A stretch of DNA of 64,000 nt from Vicinamibacteria bacterium (lineage in GTDB: Bacteria > Acidobacteriota > Vicinamibacteria > Marinacidobacterales > Marinacidobacteraceae), in NCBI GenBank assembly GCA_963422395.1, contig OY729431.1:1568001-1632000 (forward strand), written 5' to 3'. Position 1 is the first letter of the stretch. Each line of letters opens with the position of its first letter. The notes under the pieces were generated by a model. It did not search any database. It was not told where the DNA came from and was given only the letters and a program-made list of their open reading frames with translations. Below, one piece after another: positions 27,825 to 38,130 of this stretch. A program made the position numbers and the translations under genes.

Positions 27825-29194
27825 TGTGGCATCGCCTTCCGCCTCTGCTGACCAGCGAGCGCCGTCGCGGCGATCTCGCCGAACGAATCACCGAAGAAGT
27901 CGGTCGGCCAGTTTCGGATGCGTCCGAACCCATCGAGTTCGAGCGGCGTGATCCGAGACCCCTGATCATCGTTCTCGCAGAAGAAGAGGCCGATGTCTTC
28001 CGCGCCGCATTCGGAGTCCGGCTCGGCGACCCGGCGCTGCAGGCGGCGCAGGAGATGTTCGCTGTGGCTCTCGAGCAGAATCTGGACTCTGCGCCTCTTC
28101 CAGACGTCGATGAGGACGTCGGCGAGCCCCGACTGCACTGCCGGGTGCAGGTGGATCTCCGGTTGTTCGAGGATCACCGTCGAACCTTTCGGTACATAGA
28201 AACAGAGGACCAGAACCGGCAGGATCTGCGACACCCCGAACCCGACATCGGTGATGAGCGCTTCCTCGGCGCCGGGTGTCTTGCGGACTTTCACTTCGAA
28301 GATCTGGCTGCCCTCGCCGACCGCTCCGATCCGGAAGTCGTGAATCAGGCCTAGCTTCCGAAGCCACTTCGCGATATACACATCGAGGTCCAGCCTTTTC
28401 TTCCGGTGGCCCGGGGAGATCTTCGCCTCGCGCTGGCGGGCGGCTAGCAGCGCAGCGACGACGGATTCGCCTGCCCGACCCATGTCGAACGGATCGGCAC
28501 CGGCCCAGATATAGCGGCGACGGGGTTGGGCGCGGAGGGGCCCGAGGTAGAAAACGCTCCTCAGCCGGTGCTTCAGCGTCAGTTCCAGGTCGGCGAGGAA
28601 CCTGGCGTTCTGGAAGGAGGCGTGGATCTGATCCGGGAAGCCGTAATTGCTCACTGGTTCGAGGCGCCACGGACGGCCCCGATTGTGCTTGAACTGGAAA
28701 TCCGTACCTTCGCTGAACAGCTCGTAGTCGCGCTTTTTGTTCTCGTCCACCCTCCGCATTCCGAATCGCGCCCCGCCGACGCGGTAGGACATTTCCCGAA
28801 CCCGCGCCCGCGCGGTTCCGTCGTCCTCGCTCCGATCGACGACGACGGAAAACCCGAGCCGGGAGTCCGAGATCACGGCCCCGCCCGCACGGCTCATGTC
28901 AGGCACTTCGAACGGCTTTTCCAAGTCCCAATCGAGCGAGATTTCCATATGGGAGGCGCCCCGGTACACGGCGCTGCGGAAATCCCCCAGATCGGCCGGC
29001 GTCGTGTGGTCGCCGAAGTGGAACACGAGGCTGCGGTCCGGGGACTCCGAAGTCTGTTTCATCAGCAACAGGGCCTGCAGCAGGCTGGTCTTGCCGGAGC
29101 TGTTGGCGCCGAAGAAGCCGGTGATCGGATGCAGTGGGAGATCGCCCGTGTCGGGCCACGGCTTGAAGTTCCGCAGACGGAGCCGAGTCAACAT
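27821..29194 (-). CDS. ABC-type (AAA_15/AAA_21) ATPase with DUF3696-like C-terminus
   Basis: Start MLTRLRLRNFK; Walker A GANSSGKT; signature VGFGVSQ; Walker B ILEQPEIHLHP; H-loop ESHSEH; tail LDGFGRIRNWPTDFFG. Confidence 0.9.
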   Translation of the reverse strand: MLTRLRLRNFKPWPDTGDLPLHPITGFFGANSSGKTSLLQALLLMKQTSESPDRSLVFHFGDHTTPADLGDFRSAVYRGASHMEISLDWDLEKPFEVPDMSRAGGAVISDSRLGFSVVVDRSEDDGTARARVREMSYRVGGARFGMRRVDENKKRDYELFSEGTDFQFKHNRGRPWRLEPVSNYGFPDQIHASFQNARFLADLELTLKHRLRSVFYLGPLRAQPRRRYIWAGADPFDMGRAGESVVAALLAARQREAKISPGHRKKRLDLDVYIAKWLRKLGLIHDFRIGAVGEGSQIFEVKVRKTPGAEEALITDVGFGVSQILPVLVLCFYVPKGSTVILEQPEIHLHPAVQSGLADVLIDVWKRRRVQILLESHSEHLLRRLQRRVAEPDSECGAEDIGLFFCENDDQGSRITPLELDGFGRIRNWPTDFFGDSFGEIAATALAGQQRRKAMPQ

Positions 29195-29286
29195 CGGGTC
29201 GGTTCCTCGGGATGCCGATGCATGCCGGCAGCGGGCCGCTCCGGCGGCTTCGGGAGGAAGCCGGAGTGTATTCGGCCGCGGTCCGT

Positions 29287-30519
29287 TCAGGCCTGTTTCA
29301 ATTCCAGCAACACGCCTCCGGCGCTCGCGGGGTGGATGAAGGCGACCAGGTGGCCGCCGGCGCCCCGGCGCGGCGCGCGGTCCACGAGCCGGACGCCTCG
29401 CGCTGCCAGCGCTCCGAGCGTCCGGTGGATGTCCTCCACCTCGAAGCAGAGATGGTGGAGTCCTTCTCCGCGCCGCGAGAGGAACCGTGCCACCGGCCCT
29501 TCCGGCGCGGTGGGCTCGACCAGCTCGATCAGCCCGCCGGAATCCCTTCCGGCCTCCAGAAAAAGCGCCAGCACTCCGAATTCGTCCACCCGGTAGCGGG
29601 CCTGTTCCCGGAGAGCGAGCAGCTCCTGCCAGACGCTCGCCGACGCCTGCGCGTCCTTCACCGCGATGCCGACATGGTGGAGGCGGATCGCTCCTCCGCC
29701 GAGGGCGGCTTTCGCTGCACTCGAGACCGCAGCGGCTCCGCACGCAGAACTCTCGGGGAGAGAGGCGATCGCTGGAACTTCGGCGGTCGCCAGACTGCGC
29801 TCCAACGCCCCGAGGAGATCCGGAACGCCCGTTCCGGTTTTCGCCGAAGCGAGCATCACCGGCCCCTCACGGAAGGAGCGGAACGCGGCCGCCATCGCTT
29901 CGGCCCCCGGTCGGTCCGCCTGATTCACCACCAGGAAATCAGCCACCTCGAAGAGGCCGGCTTTCGCCGCCTGGACGGAATCGCCGAGGCCGGGGGCCAC
30001 TGCCGCCACCGTCCGATCGGCGATCCGGGTGACCTGGTGGTCCCCCTGCCCCACTCCCGCGGTTTCCAGCAGGATCCGCTCGAAACCAGCGGCGGCCAGC
30101 AGGCGGAGCACCAAGGGGACTCCGGGGGCGATGCCGCCGGCGCCGCCGCGGGCCGCCATGCTGCGAAAGAAGACCGCGCCGTCATCGGCAGGAAGCCGAA
30201 CCCGGTCTCCCAGGAGCGCTCCTCCGGTCCTCGGACTCGTGGGGTCCACGGCGAGCACTCCGACCGGGCGCCCCTCGCCGGACAGCAGCGCCGCCAGCCG
30301 GCTCGCGAGCAGGCTCTTGCCGACCCCCGGCGGCCCGGTGATGCCGATCACCCGGGCACGCTTCGGCCAGACGAGCCCCCGAGCCTCCCGCCGCGCATCG
30401 ATGTCGCCGGCTTCCACCCGGCTGATGGCCCGCGCCAGGGCGCGGCGCCTGCTGGTTTCGGTTCGGCCGGAAAGCGCGGCGATTCCCTCTGCTTCCGCCG
30501 AGGGCCCCGGCTCCCGCAC
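29287..30519 (-). CDS. meaB: MeaB/ArgK GTPase fused to methylmalonyl-CoA epimerase
   Basis: GITGPPGVGKS, AVDPTSPRTGGALLGDRVR, ETAGVGQ, GDSVQAAKAG; C-terminal HHVGIAV, GEGLHHLCFEV, AFIHP..GGVLLEL. Confidence 0.85.
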   Translation of the reverse strand: MREPGPSAEAEGIAALSGRTETSRRRALARAISRVEAGDIDARREARGLVWPKRARVIGITGPPGVGKSLLASRLAALLSGEGRPVGVLAVDPTSPRTGGALLGDRVRLPADDGAVFFRSMAARGGAGGIAPGVPLVLRLLAAAGFERILLETAGVGQGDHQVTRIADRTVAAVAPGLGDSVQAAKAGLFEVADFLVVNQADRPGAEAMAAAFRSFREGPVMLASAKTGTGVPDLLGALERSLATAEVPAIASLPESSACGAAAVSSAAKAALGGGAIRLHHVGIAVKDAQASASVWQELLALREQARYRVDEFGVLALFLEAGRDSGGLIELVEPTAPEGPVARFLSRRGEGLHHLCFEVEDIHRTLGALAARGVRLVDRAPRRGAGGHLVAFIHPASAGGVLLELKQA

Positions 30520-30528
30520 CGGTCGGAG

Positions 30529-31695
30529 TCAGGCGCCGATCCGCCCGAGAATCCCCCGGGCGATGATCAGCCGCTGGATCTCCGAGGTCCCCTCGCCGAT
30601 GGTCATGAGCTTCGCGTCCCGCAGATACCGCTCCACCGGAAAGGACCGGGTATAGCCGTAGCCGCCGAGGATCTGCACCGCGCGATTCGTAACTCGGACC
30701 GCGGTTTCACTCGAGTACAACTTGGCGATCGCCGATTCCACGGTCGTGACGCGCCCCGCATCCTTGAGGGCGGCGGCTCGCTGGATCAGCAGCCGGGACG
30801 CCTCGATCTCCACCTTCGAATCCGCGAGCGGGAATCGGACCCCCTGGAAGTCGGCGATCGGCCGATCGAACTGCCGCCGCTCCCGCGCGTAGGCCGCGGC
30901 ACAATCGAAGGCGGCGCCGGCGATGCCGAGAGAGAGCGCGGCGATGCTGATCCGGCCGCCGTCGAGAACCTTCATCGCTCCCGCGAAACCGGTGCCCGGC
31001 TCACCGAGCAGGTTTTCCGCCGGCACCCGGCAGTCTTCGAAGACCATCTCGGAGGTGTCCGAAGCCCGGTGGCCGAGCTTCCTTTCCTTGCGTCCGGCGC
31101 GGAAACCGGGAGTCCCACGCTCGACGATGAACGCCGAGATTCCGTGGGTGCGGAGCTCTGGTTCCGTGGAGGCCATACAGATCGCGATGTCCGCCTCGGA
31201 ACCGTTGGTGGTGAAGGTCTTGCTCCCGTTGAGGATCCAGCAGGCGCCGTCCCGGACCGCAGTCGTCCGAGTACCTCCGGCGTCACTCCCGGCGCCGGGT
31301 TCGGTGAGGCTCCAGGCCCCGAGCGCCTTTCCCGAGGCCAGCGGAATCAGGTAGCGGGCCTTCTGCGCTTCGGTCCCCTGCTCATAGATGTGGTTGGCGG
31401 CCAGGGACACATGCGCGGCCACGGTGATCGCTACCGAGGCGTCGGCGCGCGCGAGTTCCTCGATCAGCACCGCATAGTCGGCGTAACCGAAACCGGCGCC
31501 TCCGTAGCGGTCGGGGAAGATGGGGCCGAGAAAGCCGAGGGTGCCGAGTTTTTCGATGGCCTCCCGCGGGAAACGTTCCTCTTCGTCCCAGGCCGCAGCG
31601 TGGGGAAGGATCTCCTGAGCGGCGAATTCGCGGACGGTGCGCCGGATCTCCGACGAGGCGCCTCGGTCTCCGAGCGGGGGAAGTGGGTCCGGCAA
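30529..31695 (-). CDS. Acyl-CoA dehydrogenase (short/branched-chain type)
   Basis: [52 protein letters not shown]. Confidence 0.95.
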   Translation of the reverse strand: MPDPLPPLGDRGASSEIRRTVREFAAQEILPHAAAWDEEERFPREAIEKLGTLGFLGPIFPDRYGGAGFGYADYAVLIEELARADASVAITVAAHVSLAANHIYEQGTEAQKARYLIPLASGKALGAWSLTEPGAGSDAGGTRTTAVRDGACWILNGSKTFTTNGSEADIAICMASTEPELRTHGISAFIVERGTPGFRAGRKERKLGHRASDTSEMVFEDCRVPAENLLGEPGTGFAGAMKVLDGGRISIAALSLGIAGAAFDCAAAYARERRQFDRPIADFQGVRFPLADSKVEIEASRLLIQRAAALKDAGRVTTVESAIAKLYSSETAVRVTNRAVQILGGYGYTRSFPVERYLRDAKLMTIGEGTSEIQRLIIARGILGRIGA

Positions 31696-31716
31696 AGGTG
31701 CGATTCTAGCCGGGCG

Positions 31717-32945
31717 TCACCGCTCCGCTGCGATCTCGAACGGCAGGCGGTTCACCGCCAGGCGGCCGTTGGAAACCACTGCCACCACATCCTGGATCGC
31801 CGCGATCTGGGCGAGCGGGTCTTCGGCGACCACGATCAGATCCGCCTCCAGCCCCGGTTCGACGGCACCGGCCGCATCGGAGATTCCTAAAAGCTCTGCG
31901 GTGTAGAGGGTCGCGCCCCGGATCGCCTCGATCGGCGAAAAGCCCAGTTCCACGAAGCTCGCCACCTCGACCCCGATGCGGCTGACGCTCTCCGGGCCGT
32001 AACCGGTGTCACTGCCGGCGATCACCCGGACACCGATCTCACGCGCCATCCGCAGCGTCTCTTCCATCCGGGGAATCATGAAGTCGGCGCGCAGGGTGAG
32101 CACCGGATGGTCGTAATCCCCGCCGGGCTCGTCGAGGTCCACGAGGGTCGTGTAGGTGGGCACGAGCGCCGTTCCCCGCTCTTGCATCAGCTCGAGCGTC
32201 TCGCGGGTCAGGAAGGTGCCATGCTCGATGCTCGCCACCCCGGCCAACACCGCGGCGCGGGCGCCTTCGTCGCCGTGGGCATGACAGAGCACCGGGATGC
32301 CAAGCGCCGAGGCCTCCTCCACCACCGCGCGGAGCTGCGCCTCCGAGTACACCTGCTTGCGCGGGTCCGTGTCCGGCAGCCCGGCGCGCTCGGTGGCCCG
32401 CGTCTTGATCGCCCGCACGCCGTTTTCGGCATTGACCCGGACCAGCATCCGGAGTTCCGCTTCGCTCCGGATGTCCTCGGAGACCGAGAACAGGCTCTCC
32501 GAGGCGAGCCGTCCATCGCGGATGTTCGGGGTCACGAAGATGCCGGCGCCCAGATAATCCGGCCCCGGCAGGTGGCCGGAGGCGACCAGCCGTCCGATGG
32601 CCACATCGCGGTAGGAGCCGACGCTCGCGCTCCTCAGCGTGGTGACTCCGGATTCCAGCGCCCGGCGCACCTCGGAGAGCTGCGAGGCGTGGGTGTGCGC
32701 ATCGAGGAGCCCGGGAAGCACGAACTTGCCCGAGACATCCAGCGTTTCGACATTCGCCGGCACGGGTGCGGTTCCGACCGAGAGGATGCGTCCGCCGCCG
32801 ATGACGACATCGGCGCGGGACAGGGTTCCGGACGCACATCGAGCACCGAACCGCCGACGATCGCGAGATCGGCCTCCTGCCCCGGGGCCGGAGCGGCGAA
32901 TGCGGCGGATGCGAGCAGGACGAGAGAGAGCAGTCGGACGTTCAT
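31717..32945 (-). pseudogene. Secreted metal-dependent amidohydrolase, frameshifted near 32835
   Basis: Signal peptide MNVRLLSLVLL...ADLAIVGGSVLDV in one frame; SGTLSRADVVI...PGLLDAHTH, HAHG, IEHG, AGSD continue in another frame. Confidence 0.8.
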
Positions 32946-33058
32946 GGGCGCCTCCGGGGAACCGGGAGAGTTCCGGTGAGTATGCGATACCACTCGCTCC
33001 GCCGCCCGTTTTTCGCCGGATTCGATCGATCAGGCCGGGCTGCCGTATCGTCGCCTCC

Positions 33059-33274
33059 ATGAAACTCCGGCGCGACCCGCTCCGCCATCCGTGGCTCTTC
33101 GCCGCCATCGCCGGACTCTACGGATTCTCGATTCCCTGGTGGTTCGGCTCGGGCAGGCCGGCCATCGTCCTCGGGCTGCCCTCGTGGGTGGTGGTGTCGC
33201 TGTTCTCCACGCTCGCGGTGAGCTGCCTCACCGCCTTCGCTGCGCTTCGGCTCTGGGACGACGGGGCCGACTGA
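33059..33274 (+). CDS. Small two-TM SSS-transporter partner protein (DUF997/DUF3311-like)
   Basis: MKLRRDP..SIPWW..VLGLPSW, immediately upstream of the SSS gene. Confidence 0.7.
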   Translation: MKLRRDPLRHPWLFAAIAGLYGFSIPWWFGSGRPAIVLGLPSWVVVSLFSTLAVSCLTAFAALRLWDDGAD

Positions 33275-33281
33275 GCGGGCC

Positions 33282-34787
33282 GTGAGCTTCTCGACGGCGG
33301 TCATCGCCGCGCTCACCGCGTACCTCGCGCTCCTCGGGTTCCTGGGGTTCCGCGCCCGTGCCGCCCGCGCCTCCGGATCGCTCGCCGACTTCTACCTGGC
33401 AGGCCGCGGGCTCGGCGGCGTGGTGCTGCTGTTCACGCTCTATGCGACGCAGTACAGCGGAAACACCCTGGTGGGCTATCCCGGGGAAGCGTACCGGGTC
33501 GGCTTCCCCTGGGTCATGAGCGTCGGCTTCATGCTGGCGATCGTCGTCGTCTATCTGGTGATCGCTCCCCGGCTGCGCGCCGCGTCCGAGCGCCACCGCT
33601 TCGTGACCCCGGCCGATTGGCTCGATCACCGCTTCGGCGACCCCCGGCTCACGCGGGTCACGAACCTCCTCATGGCGGCCGCCATCGCGAACTACCTGCT
33701 CGCTCAGCTCATGGCGATGGGGCATGTGACCGCCGGTCTCTCCGACCAGGCGATCCCCTACGCCGCTGGCGTCCTCGTACTCGCGGCGGCGATCCTCGGC
33801 TACGAACTCCTCGGCGGGCTCCGCGCCGTCGCCTGGACCGACTGCATGCAGGGAGTTCTGCTCGCGATCGGTCTTTCCGGCCTGCTGGCTGCGACCTTTC
33901 TCTCGGGAGAGGGCATGGGAGCGGCGGCGGAATGGGTCTTCGAAAACCAACCGGCGAAAGGCTTCCGTCCCGCAGCACCGATGCTGGCCACTTGGGCGAG
34001 CACCCTGTTGCTGATCGGGTTTTCCGGCGCCGTCTATCCGCAGGCCATCCAGCGCATCTTCGCCGCCCGCAGCACCGGGTCGCTGCGGAAGGCGCTCGCC
34101 GCCCTCGGTTTTCTTCCATTCCTCACCACCCTGCCGATCTTCCTGGTCGGCATCCTGGCTCTCCCCCGGCTCGAAGGACTGACCGGGATCGCCGCCGACC
34201 AGGTGCTGCCGACGCTCCTCCGGGGGTGGGCCTCGGAGTCGGCCTGGATGTTCTGGATGTGCATCCTGACCGTCGTCGGAGTGATCGCCGCGATCATGTC
34301 CACGGCCGATTCGGTCCTCCTCACGCTCTCTTCGATGCTGGCCAAGGACTTCGTGGCGCCGGCGCTCGGCCGGCGCCGAGGGGCGGAGGTCAACGAGGAG
34401 CGCGTCACCCGGATCGGCAAGGGAATCTCGCTGGCCGTCATGGGCATCCTGGCCGCAGTGGCGCTCACCCCGCGCATCAGCCTCTGGGGACTCTTGGAAC
34501 TCAAGATGGAGCTCCTGGTCCAGGCTGCTCCGGTTTTCGTCCTGGGGCTCACCTGGCCCCGATTGACCGCGCGCGCCGCCCTCTACGGGGTGGTGTGCGG
34601 CACCCTGCTCGCCGCGGGGCTGACTCTCGCCGGCTACGGCAAGGTCGGGGGGCTCCACGCCGGGCTTCTCGGCGCATCGCTCAACGCGCTGATCGCGGTC
34701 GCGGGCTCCCTCGCCGCCGGCCGGCGACAGCTTTTCGCCCGCCGGCGAAATGCCTGCCCCGCCCCCGGGCCGCGCGGACCTCAGTAG
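33282..34787 (+). CDS. Sodium:solute symporter family protein
   Basis: DFYLAGRGLG, ATQYSG, GGLRAVAWTD, AAIMSTADS. Confidence 0.93.
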   Translation: MSFSTAVIAALTAYLALLGFLGFRARAARASGSLADFYLAGRGLGGVVLLFTLYATQYSGNTLVGYPGEAYRVGFPWVMSVGFMLAIVVVYLVIAPRLRAASERHRFVTPADWLDHRFGDPRLTRVTNLLMAAAIANYLLAQLMAMGHVTAGLSDQAIPYAAGVLVLAAAILGYELLGGLRAVAWTDCMQGVLLAIGLSGLLAATFLSGEGMGAAAEWVFENQPAKGFRPAAPMLATWASTLLLIGFSGAVYPQAIQRIFAARSTGSLRKALAALGFLPFLTTLPIFLVGILALPRLEGLTGIAADQVLPTLLRGWASESAWMFWMCILTVVGVIAAIMSTADSVLLTLSSMLAKDFVAPALGRRRGAEVNEERVTRIGKGISLAVMGILAAVALTPRISLWGLLELKMELLVQAAPVFVLGLTWPRLTARAALYGVVCGTLLAAGLTLAGYGKVGGLHAGLLGASLNALIAVAGSLAAGRRQLFARRRNACPAPGPRGPQ

Positions 34788-36736
34788 ACGGAAAGCAGGA
34801 GTACGGAGGGCCGATCTGCTGTGTGGTGGACGGTGTTCTCGGCGGCCTCGGTACGAGTGTGGCGGCCCAGCGGTTCGCCGGTGTTGGGATTCGGATCGAA
34901 GCGCGGGTAGTTCGAGCTCGAAATCTCCAGACGGATCCGGTGGCCCGCCGAGAACCGATTGGCGGTGGGAAAGAGCTGAATCTCGATCTCGTACGGCTCT
35001 CCGGGCGTCATCAGCACCTCCTGCTCCCGCGATTCCCGGTAGCGGGCACGAAGGATTCCGTCGGTGATATTCAGGTCGAAGCCTTCCGGGTAGTCGGCGC
35101 TTTCGGGGTACACATCCACCAGCTTGGCGGTGAAGTCGGTGTCGGGGGCGCTCGAAGAGACCCAAAGCCGAGCCCGGACCGGTCCGATCACTTCGAGGTC
35201 CTCCTCGAGTGGATCGGTCTCGAAGACCAGCACATCGGGCCGCTCGGCCGTCCGGCGGCCTTCCACTTCGGACCCGAAGAAGCCGTTCTCCGACCCGCCG
35301 CGGAGGGAGCGGAAACGCCGTTCCCGCTGGTCGTAACCGCCTCGTTTCAGAGCGCCGGAGAAAGCGCCCCCGATCGTGGGAACGGGGTGCTCGGGATCGT
35401 AGGTGTAATCCGTCGCGCCTTCCCCGGCTTCCGGCGGCTCGCGGGTGAGACCGCCGCTAGCTCGCAGATGGAAGGGAGTCATCCGGTTTCCGGCAGGAGG
35501 CCAGGACTCGACGGTCCGCCAGGCGCCGCCGTGATAGAGACGGCCGTTTTCATCCCGGCGGCCGTCGCCGCCGCCCATGACGAAGATCATGACCGGACTC
35601 TCGCCCGCACTGCCGGCTCGTCCGGCCGCAGGCAACAGGGCGGCGTTGTCAGCCCCTTTGAGGTGGCGGTCGAACCAGCGCAAGTGGAATTCGCGGGAGA
35701 AGTCCGGGATCGCTGCCGCCGCTCCGAATTCGATGTCTCCGGAGTACGAACGATTGGTCCCGCCGTGGGTCCACGGTCCCATGAGCAGCGTCATCGGTGC
35801 GGATTTCCACCGGGACAGTTCGACGAAGTTCTGGATCGTGCCCGGAGCGTAGGAGTCGTACCAGCCGCCTACCTGGAGCATCGGAATGTCCGCAGTCTCC
35901 TCGTAGTACTCCGTCCAGTTGCGGCCGATGCCCCGGAAGTAGTCGTCGTACTCACCGTGGTTCTGCATTTCGAGGTAGTAGTCCTCGAAGTTCGGGGCGC
36001 CGGCGAGTGGATTCGCTCCTTTGCGGAAGGGGGTGTCCAGAAACCAGTCGGCGGGGGTCGAGGCTTCGAGACGGCGGCGGATCGCAGGCTCGTCGGTGAC
36101 CGCCGCGAGCTGACTGTGCGCCCAGCCGAGTTGCTGTCCGAGCTCGAAGGCGCCGTGATTGCGGACCTTGTGGGTCCAGGCGTCGGAAAGCCCTCCCATG
36201 GTCAGCACCAGGGTCTTCAGGGCGGGGGGAGACAGCTTCGCAGCGTCGGCCTGGGTGTGGGCACCGTACGAGGTCCCCCACATACCGACCGCGGGCTCGG
36301 TGTACTCCAGGCCGGCGACCCATTCGATGGTGTCGAACCCGTCGGGCGCATCGAATTCGTGGTACTTCTGGAAGACGCCTTCGGAGAAGTAGAGCCCGCG
36401 GATGTCCTGCAGCACGACGACATAACCGCGGCTCGCGAACCACCGGGCCTGTTCCGCGAGCCGCGGCGAAGTCCTGTCGTACGGCGTGCGGTGGAGAAGC
36501 GCGGGGAAGAGGCCCGCTGCCGGCTCGCCGTTCCGGGCGGGCCGGAAGACATCGGTGGCGAGGCGCACTCCGTCTCGCATCGGGAGCAGGTGGTTCTCCT
36601 CCACCTGGATCGCTTCCCAGATCGACTCGGGCGGCCGGAGCGGAGCACCGGTGGGTTCCTCCGGCGCGCCCGCTCCGCACCCGGCTGCCCCGCACCCGGC
36701 AAGGACGAGCCCGAGCAGGGCGAACGACCGGCTCAC
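34781..36736 (-). CDS. CocE/NonD family hydrolase (lipoprotein)
   Basis: LAGC lipobox; MRDGVRLATD, RTPY, QDIRG, GTSYG, GGWYD, GPWTH, SSSNYPRFD; GTG 36736. Confidence 0.92.
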   Translation of the reverse strand: MSRSFALLGLVLAGCGAAGCGAGAPEEPTGAPLRPPESIWEAIQVEENHLLPMRDGVRLATDVFRPARNGEPAAGLFPALLHRTPYDRTSPRLAEQARWFASRGYVVVLQDIRGLYFSEGVFQKYHEFDAPDGFDTIEWVAGLEYTEPAVGMWGTSYGAHTQADAAKLSPPALKTLVLTMGGLSDAWTHKVRNHGAFELGQQLGWAHSQLAAVTDEPAIRRRLEASTPADWFLDTPFRKGANPLAGAPNFEDYYLEMQNHGEYDDYFRGIGRNWTEYYEETADIPMLQVGGWYDSYAPGTIQNFVELSRWKSAPMTLLMGPWTHGGTNRSYSGDIEFGAAAAIPDFSREFHLRWFDRHLKGADNAALLPAAGRAGSAGESPVMIFVMGGGDGRRDENGRLYHGGAWRTVESWPPAGNRMTPFHLRASGGLTREPPEAGEGATDYTYDPEHPVPTIGGAFSGALKRGGYDQRERRFRSLRGGSENGFFGSEVEGRRTAERPDVLVFETDPLEEDLEVIGPVRARLWVSSSAPDTDFTAKLVDVYPESADYPEGFDLNITDGILRARYRESREQEVLMTPGEPYEIEIQLFPTANRFSAGHRIRLEISSSNYPRFDPNPNTGEPLGRHTRTEAAENTVHHTADRPSVLLLSVY

Positions 36737-38130
36737 TGCGCGGCTCCTGCGGAAACGCCGGCGAGGTTCTCGACGAGCGGGGCGAGGTCGGGCAGACGGT
36801 CGATCGCTTCGATCCGGGTGAGAGCGGCAGCGGCCCGGCCCTCCGGCAGGACGAGCCCGGCGCACTCGCGGAACTTGGCCCGGAGCTCCTCACGAGTCAG
36901 AGGGCGTTCCGGGCCGCCGGGGTAGGTGTCCGCTTCGACGGAGAACTCGCGCCCGTCCCGCAGCCGCACATCCATCGCGCTTCGCATCCGATCGTAGCCG
37001 AGAGCGTCGATCCCGGGGTCGAAACGGACCGAGACCCGCTCCATCATCGCCCGAACCTCCGGGGAGTCCACGAACTCGGGGGTGAATTCACGGATGCCGG
37101 CACGGCGGCGGAGCACGATCGCCGAAAGCACGAACGGGATCGAGAACTTCGCTTCCAGCGGATTGCGGGGGGCTCGGTAACGGAGGGGATTCAGGATGTT
37201 CTTCCCGGCGCGGAACACGATCTCGGCGATGTCTTCGGAATCGATGCGGCGAGTGGTCACGAGATCGAGCAGCGCCGCCATGCTCGGGTGTCCCAGGCTC
37301 CCGGAGGGGAACATCTTGACCGAGACGCCGGGGTCGAGCAGCGTGTGCGGCGCTCCGAGGGTGAGCCTCTCGGGATCGAAGCCGCCGCCGAACACCCGGA
37401 AGAAGCCCCACTCGGCCTCGAGGGCGCCGCGGCCGGAGGTGAAGCCGCGTCCGGCTAGATCGGCGGCGAGGACGCCGTTTTCGGCCGCCCGCCCGGCGTG
37501 GAGCGGTTTCGTCATCGTACCGAACCCGAGACGGATGCCGGAAGCGAAGCTGGCGGCGATCCCGAGCGCCATCCCGATCTCTTCCCGCCCGAGCCCGCCG
37601 AGCTTCGCGGCGGTCGCCGCCGCACCCAGAGTTCCCACCGTAGCGGTGGAATGGAACCCTTCCCGGTAGTGGCGCGGGTGGATCGCCTCGGCGATCTTGC
37701 ACTCCACCTCGAAGCCCACCAGGAAGGCCTCGAGGAACCCAGCGCCGCCGGCACCCTCCCGCTCGGCGACGGCGAGTCCGGCCGCGAGCGGGGCCACCGT
37801 CGGGTGGGTCAGCAGCCCGAAGATCCGGTCCGGTGCCCCGGAGAGCTGGGTGTCGTCGAAGTCCAGCGCGTGCCCGGCGATCCCGTTGGCCCGGGCAGCG
37901 AGGGAGGCGGGGACCCGGATGCCGGAAGTGCCGAAGACCGCCGCCTCCGGGCGGCCGCCCTCGGCGGCGATCTGCTCCACCGCGATGCGCGAGCAGGGCT
38001 CGGCGGAGCCGGCGAGGGTCACTCCGAGGCCGTCGGTGACGCACCGGCGCCCTGCGGCGATCAGCTCGTCGGGAAGCTCGTCGAGAGTCGTCTCGAGGAT
38101 GAAATCGGTTACGGCAGCGGTAGCGTTCAT
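36733..38130 (-). CDS. MmgE/PrpD family protein
   Basis: ANGIAGHALDFDDT, HP, GFHSTAT, MTKPLHAG, EAKFS; ATG 38130 overlaps the tctA stop. Confidence 0.92.
   Translation of the reverse strand: MNATAAVTDFILETTLDELPDELIAAGRRCVTDGLGVTLAGSAEPCSRIAVEQIAAEGGRPEAAVFGTSGIRVPASLAARANGIAGHALDFDDTQLSGAPDRIFGLLTHPTVAPLAAGLAVAEREGAGGAGFLEAFLVGFEVECKIAEAIHPRHYREGFHSTATVGTLGAAATAAKLGGLGREEIGMALGIAASFASGIRLGFGTMTKPLHAGRAAENGVLAADLAGRGFTSGRGALEAEWGFFRVFGGGFDPERLTLGAPHTLLDPGVSVKMFPSGSLGHPSMAALLDLVTTRRIDSEDIAEIVFRAGKNILNPLRYRAPRNPLEAKFSIPFVLSAIVLRRRAGIREFTPEFVDSPEVRAMMERVSVRFDPGIDALGYDRMRSAMDVRLRDGREFSVEADTYPGGPERPLTREELRAKFRECAGLVLPEGRAAAALTRIEAIDRLPDLAPLVENLAGVSAGAAQ

Noticed and set aside
26403-29250. Integrative element at tRNA-Val
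   Set aside because: No integrase and no duplicated tRNA 3' end seen in the window.
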